Of a stretch of 64,000 nt of DNA, positions 55,141 to 64,000 are shown piece after piece (position 1 is the stretch's first letter; each line of letters starts with the position of its first letter). The translations under genes and the position numbers were made by a program. Source of the DNA: Octopus vulgaris. Lineage: Eukaryota. The stretch is from positions 85,622,001 through 85,686,000 of the forward strand of contig OX597820.1 of NCBI GenBank assembly GCA_951406725.2, in the 5' to 3' direction. The notes beneath the pieces were generated by a model, which was not told the origin of the DNA, did not search any database, and saw only the letters and a program-made list of their open reading frames with translations.

Positions 55141-55535
55141 TTGCTCACACCAACTCCTGCTAAGCAAACGCGAAGGGGTTTGAGTAAGGTAACATAATCG
55201 GTATATATGGACATTTCCCAGACTGGTTTCATTTAAAAATGGGCCTTTGAGCCTGAAATATAAGGAATTTTATAAAAATGTCTCTATTGTTGGAAGCTAT
55301 CTTATCGTTCCCACGGAAATGTGAAAGTCTGAGCTACTTCGTGTGATAATTTTGAAGTCATAGTACAAAGTATATTATTCTACCAGGATAACAATTGTTT
55401 CTGCACCAGTTGGAAATATGTAACTCCCCCTTGTTTTGTTTTGTTTATATCTCGTATTTCATCTTCAAATACACTTTCCAAACACTGAATTCATAATTGT
55501 TATTCTTAGTAATGTGATCTATTATTACATATATA

Positions 55536-55774
55536 CTCTTTCACTCTTTTACTTGTCTCAGTCATTTGACTGTGGCCATGCTGGAGCACCGCCTTTAGTC
55601 GAGCAAATCGACCCCAGAACTTATTCTTTGTAAAGCCTAGTACTTATTCTATCGGTCTCTTTTGCCGAACCTCTAAGTTACGGGGACGTAAATACACCAC
55701 CATCGGTTGTCAAGCGATGCTGGGGGGAACAAACACACACACACAAACACACACACACACACGCGCGCGCACAT

Positions 55775-55805
<31 letters not shown>

Positions 55806-55980
55806 CATACACATATACGACGGGCTTCTTTCAGTTTCCATCTACCATATCCACACTCAAGGTTTTGGTCGGCCCGAGGCTATAGTAGAAGACATTTGCT
55901 CAAGGTGGCACGCAGTGGGACTGAACCCAGAACCATGTGATTGGTAAGCAAGCTACTTACCACACAGCCACTCCTACGCC
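55536..55980 (-). mobile_element. SINE family A, full length
   Basis: Reverse complement of 21591-22000. Confidence 0.9.
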
Positions 55981-56288
55981 TATCTATTTAATATATGTTT
56001 TCATCTGCTAAAATGTTCACTCATCGTCTTCCTCATCGTCATCATCGTTACTATCACGCACTTGACTGCAAATATGATCAAATTCGTCATCATCATCATC
56101 ATCATAATCATCATCATTATTTACTTGAATTGATCATTATGAATCATTTAACTACTTATGTTGTCAGCAAATGTAATCCTGCAGTTTATAATAGCTTAAC
56201 TATTTTGAATGCTTTTATGAACATATTACGTACATTTTCTGATTCATTTCATGATTAAGTATGACCCATAGTGTCGATGTGTAACTAT

Positions 56289-56324
<36 letters not shown>

Positions 56325-56373
56325 AATAATAATAGTAATAATAATAATAATAATAATAAAAAGAAAAATAATG

Positions 56374-56419
<46 letters not shown>

Positions 56420-56437
56420 GATAAATAATAATAATAA

Positions 56438-56998
56438 GATAAATGCCCTGATGCAGTACCAGGCAGTGGCTCTCATGGCTTCTGATCTTAACTGATTGGA
56501 AGTGTTATCATGTACATTGTTTTGTATTGGTATAAAAGATGGGCTACAGCAAATATTCTGCTCAATACCACAGATTTGCTTGTCAGTTGTTTGACCTTAA
56601 CCAGTTGAGCATGTCCCTTAGTGGCTGACGATATGTGCATCTCTGATCACGAGCAGAAGTAGTGGGGGAGCATCATAGCCATGTGTTGAGAGGGATTCTT
56701 TGGGGTTTGAATAATTCACCTCTGGAAACATGGGTGGTTCTTTCAACATCCTTAAACAACCCTTATTCAGGGACCTTTTGAGCGGGATGGGCTACTCAAC
56801 CTGAAGGAAATTCTAACTGGGCCCCACCTACAAGGTCATGTGATGTTTATCTTGATATGAGATCACCATGTCGCGCACATATGGTTGTGATGCATGTGCC
56901 TGGTGTACCCTTATCAGACGGATAGTCATGTTGGGTATATTGGGCTTCGTATATTTTACCCCAGTGTCACTTTGATGGCATGCACTGCTCTCTCACTC
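56438..56998 (+). mobile_element. Non-coding (AAT)n-associated retroposon-like element, copy 2
   Basis: Embedded between (AAT)n tracts 56322-56436 and 56999-57276; matches 25550-26090. Confidence 0.8.
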
Positions 56999-57199
56999 AA
57001 TAATAATAATAATAATAATAATAATAGTAATAATAATATAATAATAATAATAATAATAATCATAATAATAATAATAATAATAAAAATAGTAATAATGATA
57101 TCAATACTAATAATGATAAAAATAATAAAAATAGTAATAATGATATCAATAATAATAATAATAAAAATAATAAAAATAAAAATAATAATAGTAATAATG

Positions 57200-57277
<78 letters not shown>

Positions 57278-57347
57278 GGCAGTTAAGCAGTTGTTGTCGA
57301 TGAAAAAGGTAGCAGTAGTACCAATAATTGTCGGAGCCCTGAGAACA
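57278..57347 (+). pseudogene. Short R4/Dong-type endonuclease C-terminal fragment
   Basis: VKQLLSMKKVAVVPIIVGALRT resembles VTRMWNLKTETIPIIVGALGM; directly follows (AAT)n. Confidence 0.65.
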
Positions 57348-60300
57348 TTATTATTTCGTTATTTGCCACCAGGGACGATCACAAAACATAGAGGACGATA
57401 CGCAATCGAGGGACAGTGAGGTTAAACGTGTGAACAGCCAACAAACAACGAGTAACAAAGATATTAAATCAACAATATGCTTTCGCAATAGGGAAGAGTA
57501 CCACCGTAAGGTGACCAAAGACAAATTACGCACTTTGAACCCCTTAACACCAAAGTCTCCTCAGGAAAGCACCCTATCTTCTTCCTTTCATCCAGCCTCC
57601 TTAGAGTAGGTTCATTTACGCAGCCATTCGTACCTCATTCTCTCACCTTTTAATGAACTTACTGGGTGACATACCTCCCTCTCCAGTCTCAATTTCCTTC
57701 ACAGGTGGAACATGAAAAAGTGAATGAGGCCTTAAGCTAAAGAAGAGGGTAGCCGTCTTCAATCATTTCAATCACGTCCACCATAGAACCTTTTTTGCCA
57801 TAGCCATCAGACAGAAAAATTAGCCTACATCCCCGGCCAAGGGAAGGAGGCAGGATTATCTTTCCAATGGACTCGGACGATAGCCGGATCCGTCCTATAA
57901 CTGTTCGACATATCTCCACAATTCAGCACTGCGTGGGCACTATGTGAGAGCATACAGAACGGATTCGTCGCTCCCCGTGCATCTCGGAAAATCCCGACTG
58001 ACTGCAAACTCGTGCCTATGGAGCTCATCTCAAACCGGCAGCGCACCCTGTAGCACTGCCAAGCCAGAGATAAATTGAATTTATCAATGGTTCTCGGCCC
58101 GAAAGTCCTCAGGAAGAAACCAGCCAGTTGATTCGCGTCGATATCCAGGACTTCTCCGAATACGATGTCGCTCTTCCTTTACGCTAATCCCCTATAGAAC
58201 TCCACACGTGCGTTAAGGTAATGCGGATGTCTCAGCCTCAATGCATGTCTGCTCATCATTAATCACAGCATGCCAGTCCTCCTGCACCGTCTGACAAGCG
58301 GCACCTGTCTCCTCTGCAGGAAGCGGAAGACTAAATGCACCAGCCGGTTCAGCCACGAAGCGAGAAAACGGACGACAGTTAGGCGGTAGTATATAACGGA
58401 TGTGATGTACAAATTCGGCAACTCCACCCGATCTTTCAGGAACAGCTTCCTCACAGCCCATTTCTGGGTGAGACTGGCCACCTTGTCTGTCACCTACCTC
58501 GTCCCTATTCTTGTACACTTGGAAATCTTGACTGAAAAAGATCCTGAGTGACATAAGAGGTCGTTCCGTCCAGCGCCCCACAACCCAGTCGGTTGGCATG
58601 GGCCTGCCACCCCAGCTACCTAGCTGCAGGAGCACTCCTGATTTATCGTTGCTCCTCTCATCACTTCGTATTCCGTTAGGGTAGTGCCGAACGTATTGAT
58701 TTCCGAGATGTGTCAACGCTATCCCGATGACGTCGTCTGCATACGCCGACACGAACGCACCGCATCCCAGTTCACGCAGGATGCCCCTCGAAGCCTCCAG
58801 TTTCCGAAGTAATGGCTCAAATAACATTACCTAGAGAATCGATGAGTGTTGTCTTATTTAATGAACCGAACGGACGATACTAAAGGATTCCGAGAGCTGT
58901 CCATTTGATCACCGAACCGATGACGCTGTACATAGCAGAGATCCACCTTTGAAAACGGGACAGAAATCAGCCGCCTTGAGAACAGCCTCCAAGTGCAGTT
59001 GGTCTGCCCGATCAAAATCTTTCAACTGATCGAAATGGACCAGGGCTCAATCCATGCCAGTTTTTTTACCATCCTTCTTTATAATGTGTCACATGATGTG
59101 GAGGTTGACACGTAGAGTTCTGCTGGGGATAGCGCATCACCCACCAGTCTGTCACCGACAATCGCCAAACTCTTTGCTGACACCTTAGCTAAAATTTTGC
59201 AATAACACCTCAGCTCACAGATCCGCGTATTCTCCCATCCTGCTGCCAGTTACGTAAACGTTTCCAGAAAGATCACCAAACAAATCTGGCATATACAAAC
59301 AAGGCTCGAAGGGCAGGCCATCCAATCCTGGAGACCTCATCCACGTGCAACTAGCCAACGCATCACGTATATCTTCAGCTGTTATCGGCATATCGCAAGA
59401 CTCCACGTCTCTCGCCGAAAGCTGCGGCATACCATCAATGTAGGAAGTGAAGTACACCTCAGCATCCAGGCCACCACGCGCTCCGTACAGTTCAGCAAAG
59501 CACTGCTGAAATTCCGCACACAGCTGTTTCAACTCGTCTAGCATGCACCCGTCTCGACCTCTCAAATACTGAATGGAAGTTTTATTACCACGCTGCGCCT
59601 CAGCCACCCGGTCCCATCGAACGGCTTTCGTTCCTTCCTGCTTTAGAGCACGCGTTATAGCTCTGACAACGCAACCTTCATGTTTGGTGATGAAGAATTG
59701 GTTCAGAGCCAATTTCGATGCCAGTACGTCGGTCGCTATACTTCTACTGAGTGCCTCTTCTAATTTCCTAACTAGGTTTCTTCTATACTCTGGTCTTCTC
59801 TATCACTAGTTCTCTGTTAAATTCCACACCTTCTACTCAATTCCCCCGATTTAGCCCCCTCCCCCGGGGAAGTACGCTTCAGCTGCCAGTGTCCGTGTTC
59901 CTGCCTATGGACCCTATGTAGATCAACCATACAGATCATAAATTTCTGGACTGTGTAGTTGACGAATCGAAATTGATGACAACCTATCATACTCCTATCT
60001 GCTAACCTACTAAAATACCCTACCTAGATAAGATCTAGCTGACCCGAAGTTGTTTGCCCGTGTCCACACTGGAGTATTCCGGAAAACCAGTCCGTACTTA
60101 TCCGCCACCTGGAAATAACTGAACAGATTTGCGAGGTTTACGCATTACACCTTCCCATCCGCTAGCCCCACTCCATCCACACCTGCATCCGAAATGGAGT
60201 TCCGATCGACCACTAACACTATTGAGCGAAACCTCCCTAGAAAGGCCTCCAGGTGTCTGAAGAACTCCAGCTTCCACGCTCTATTCGATGCATACACTGC

Positions 60301-61010
60301 GACTAGCCTAAAAGCACTGCCATCGCTATCGTTCACGTCCAGGACCACAGATTTACATTCAGGGTCCAGGAAGACCAACCGTATCTCGTGATCCATGCCC
60401 TTTCTGTACAACTCTTCCACCCCAACCCCATTCCCCGTCGACTAAGAAATACAATAATTTCTAAGTCATCGAAGACGGGAGCCACGGACCTTGTGTCCTT
60501 GATCGTGGTCTCACTGACGACTATTACATCTAAACTTAACCACCTTCTGTTCTGGTTCTGTGGGCAGAAAAACTGTAAGTGGGCTGTTGAACCACAATCG
60601 TAGCACCTCGGCCATCTGCTTTTCACGTTCACCTTTAGTTCTACTCCATTCGAGAGGGAAATCAGGTCTGGAACTTTTTCTAACTGCTCTGGCTTCACAT
60701 AGAGAATAACCTCCGAAGTAGTCCCAATCGAATTTTCCCACCTCGATCATTTACCATCCTTCAAATTATCTCCCCATACACGAGAATCTATCTTAAATTC
60801 CGGCCTGGTGCATCTCCAGATACCGTAATTCGTGCCGCATTTGATTTCATGTACGTTGGGAAGAGGAAGATTTCCTCGGTGACGATTTCCTTGGTGAGAT
60901 GCGTATCACCTCGGTCTTCGTGCTACTGTCTCACTCTGACAATGTGGTGGATATCCTACCATGTGTCTAAATGTATTTCAATGCTATTTCCACTTTGTCG
61001 CGTTTTATTT
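57348..61010 (-). mobile_element. Second decayed L1/Tx1-clade LINE, with its 3' UTR
   Basis: CYDCGSTAHLQFFC knuckle, DVIVVSET and FRLVAVYASN (APE), SPGLDGLPFE, FEPLLRKL, VSAYADDV; homologous to 8660-12110. Confidence 0.9.
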
Positions 61011-61345
61011 TCTTGGGGTCAGTAGCCCGCGCTCTTAACCACTATGCCATATGCCCGTGAGCAAGTATGGAGTGAATTTTTAGGGCTTATAATACACCAT
61101 TGGAAAAAAATACGAAAACTAAAAGAAGCAGCACATACGCTAGGATAAAACAACCTCCTAACAAAGACCGAGTGCAGATATAAACAGCACATGGGAACTG
61201 GTATTAAGGAAAGATAGGAGAATATTAGATTTATGAGCCCTAAAAATTCACTCCATAATTGCCCACGGGCATATGGAGTAGTGGGTATGAGAGCGGGCTA
61301 CTACCCCCAAGATTCCGAGTTCGATTCCAGGCAGTGACCTGAAAA
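61011..61345 (+). mobile_element. PLE 3' end with inverted partial terminal repeat containing a tRNA-like segment
   Basis: 61011-61091 is inverted to 61231-61311; the spacer reads HHWKKIRKLKEAAH, like a GIY-YIG C-terminus; the repeat carries A-box (tggagtagtgg) and B-box (gttcgattc) motifs. Confidence 0.6.
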
Positions 61346-61442
61346 ATAATAACAGCAACAACAACCACGATATCAATATGAATTTTAATCACAATTGTTA
61401 TCATTATTTTTATTATTAATTTATTGCTTATGAAATATTCTG

Positions 61443-61539
61443 CCACGTGGTGTGGAGATGCCCTACCCTAGGTAGGTGAAATCACGTATCACAACCGCAC
61501 CTAACAGCTGTACATGGTAGGTCTTTCCCAGCACTGTGG
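61443..61539. mobile_element. Tiny MITE-like fold-back
   Basis: ccacgtggtgtggagatgccctacc imperfectly inverted to ggtaggtctttcccagcactgtgg. Confidence 0.35.
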
Positions 61540-62739
61540 AAGTTTCTATATATGGACAGGAATAAGAAAACCCCAAAAAACTTAAATTTTTGATATTTTG
61601 GCGCTTTAGAAATTTACTCAAATTTCTCATTAATATGGTATTTATCTCTTTAATATGTTATTTATCAATATTGTATCTTAGTTCATACTCTGAGGATTTA
61701 GTTATAGAAATGTTATAGGTTTATACTACTTATATCAAATTTACTAATCTAGGTGATTCTGATTGACAACATTGACCTCTGATAACAACATTAACCATTG
61801 CTTATGTATATGAATGAGTAATGAAGATAGTTTCTACTTATTTCTGCCGGATTTTAAAAGGAGATTATTATTTGAGAATCGGTGTTACTTTGGCTTTTAT
61901 TCAGGTATCTTTGTAGATCTTATTCATCTTACAGTTTGTTTTTTTTAATAAAGAGACATTTTTTACGTGAGAAACCGTCCCCGCTCCTCCGCAATTAACC
62001 TTGATTATGCCTCCGTAAAAGAACATGAAATCTAATCTAATACTTCCAGTTAATTCTGATTTCTTCCTAGCCCTTGCTTGCACTAGCGAAATGTTTTGAT
62101 ATAAGTTTGTTTATATTCAAGTAGCTGTTTAGATTCAAGTATCTATATTTTAATTATTTTCGTTTTTCAATGTCTGTATTCTTATACTTTTCATATACGG
62201 TTCAAGCTTTTGCTGATGCTTTTCTCATTGTAGTTTTTTCGTATAGATTCTTTTGTATATGTTATTTTTCACTTTCTTCGATGTCTGCTTATTTGAATAT
62301 TCATATAAGTACTTCGACAAGGAGGTTAACACTCATATACATTTTGATGACGATCGATTAAACTCTGAACAGGTTAAATAGAATTACAGACGTCGAAACT
62401 TTAAAATTAATCTTTTTGTATTTTAAACAAATATAGTTGGAATAGACACACAAACACACACAGATATACACGAATACAGTTATTTGGATATATCTATACA
62501 TGTAAATGCCTCTTTCTCTTTCGCTCTAGATATATGCATACATATATTTGTATACATATATGTACGTACGTACGTACGTACGTATGTATGTATGTATGTA
62601 TGTATGTATGTATGTATGTATGTATGTATGTATGTATGTATGTATGTGTGCATGTATGTATGTATGTATGTATGAAATAATACATAAAATTCCATCCAAA
62701 AAATTAAGGCATTTTTAAAAATCAAAAATTATCAGCTAC

Positions 62740-63480
62740 ATTACGTCTTAGATATCTACCCAAAGTAGCCGCCCTCACCTTCCAGCACTACCTTCAGGCG
62801 TCCCAGGAACTGGCGCATGAGTTCCTCGCTGTGTCACTGGGAAGATCTTCGAACACCTGTTTGATCCTGGCTACCTGTTCGGCGTTGACTTTGCAAGCAG
62901 AACGGTTGCTGTCTTTCTGAACTGTATGCCACCCATAGAAGTCCATAACATTAAAATCGGAGGAATTAGGATGACAGAGATTGGGGCTGTTGAACTTGTA
63001 TAAAATCTCCGACAATTACATCTAAATCTTTACGAAGGTATGGCAAAGAGCTGAAAATTGTAGCCATGCATCTGTCATTCCAGCAGCAATGAACTCCAGT
63101 CGGTAGTTGAACACATTCTCCACAATAGACGTCTGATTTGAGCCTAAGGCTATGTTCAAAGATTTGGGGACGAGTGCCTGATGTGTCTCTACTTACTGGC
63201 CGCGGCTGTGTAATCTCTGTTGCAGCATTTACAATGTTCACAGTGCATTGAGAAGCAGCTAGAATGTCAGCGGTTTGAGACCCAACACAAATCATCACGA
63301 CACAGATGAATCTTTGCACGTATTCAGAAGCTGCGAGTCCTCCAAGTTCGCAAACTTTCTCTCGACAACAACTTTAATCTTCAAGGTCTTCAACGCCGTC
63401 TTCAAGCTTTTTCTGCTCTTGAAGCTCTTCTTGAAAAAAGAGACATATATAATCTTCAAATTTAGCCCGAAGGCCCAGTG
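62740..63480 (-). mobile_element. Tc1/mariner superfamily (maT/DD37D-like) remnant
   Basis: CHPNSSDFNVMDFYGWHTVQKDSNR...ARIKQVF (WPPNSPDLNPMDYYVW-like), ending EGGYFG. Confidence 0.75.
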
Positions 63481-63483
63481 TGC

Positions 63484-63487
<4 letters not shown>

Positions 63488-63572
<85 letters not shown>

Positions 63573-63603
63573 TGTGTGCGTGAGTGTGTGTGAGTGTGTG
63601 TGT
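63488..63603. repeat. (TG)n microsatellite
   Basis: Direct run. Confidence 0.95.
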
Positions 63604-63809
63604 GCATATTATGAATGCATGCATTTTAGTGTTCAAAGAATGAGTGCTGAAAACACAACTATATTAAAAAGGCGTAGAACCTTTTAGGGTTGTATCTTGG
63701 TAAACCATTTTATATATTCGATTTTAAGAAGATTTTCGTAAATTAACGTCAGTCAGTTATACCCTACATTGAGTCTCAGCAAAGAACCTCATTTTGTTTC
63801 TTTTTCCAG

Positions 63810-63858
63810 ATACACAGGTGATTCCTGACTACTAATGTCAACCGCAAGAAATATTTAG
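63810..63858 (+). other. Candidate 49-nt exon (UTR or stop-containing)
   Basis: Strong acceptor ttttgtttctttttccag and donor AG|GTATGT; stops in all three frames. Confidence 0.3.
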
Positions 63859-64000
63859 GTATGTGTAAAAAATCGGATTTACAACACGCAATGAGATATA
63901 AGTCAGGAAGTTGTTCGATTCGAAGCTGAGGATGAGATGTTTTATTTATATGTTGCGTTATATCCGCATAACATACCCGTAGATGTTTCTGTATTATTGC

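Noticed and set aside
56438-56520. HDV-like ribozyme or Pol III promoter at the 5' end of the non-coding element
   Set aside because: No nested double pseudoknot or correctly spaced B box could be built by eye
61267-61341. Genuine tRNA gene
   Set aside because: Acceptor and T stems pair poorly and the segment sits inside a transposon repeat; reported as tRNA-like only

Overview
AT-rich, microsatellite-dense eukaryotic DNA made almost entirely of transposon debris. The SINE families and repeat load suggest an octopus or other coleoid cephalopod (inference). No complete host gene is visible, only two weak exon candidates, and most ORF-track entries are microsatellite artefacts. Supported content: (1) Penelope-like elements (PLEs): a young, 5'-truncated Neptune-type RT + GIY-YIG copy at 50900-53030, a decayed Naiad-like copy at ~3280-6300 with a Neptune endonuclease fragment nested in its RT, and several non-coding, (TA)n-embedded fold-back elements carrying hammerhead ribozyme (HHR) motifs. 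(2) A stack of same-strand R4/Dong-type retrotransposons in (TAA)n repeats at 23.5-28.7 kb. (3) Two decayed L1/Tx1 LINEs, a CR1/L2-type 3' end, mariner and maT remnants, Helitron pieces and two tRNA-derived SINE families. Best leads: the HHR fold-back elements, including a recurrent CCGANGA core variant; a ~560-nt non-coding element found twice in (AAT)n beside R4/Dong copies; an identical -1 frameshift at an A_AAA_AAU site in both young Dong copies; a tRNA-like module inside a PLE terminal repeat; and a SINE/LINE shared 3' tail. Boundaries of decayed elements are approximate and were read by eye.
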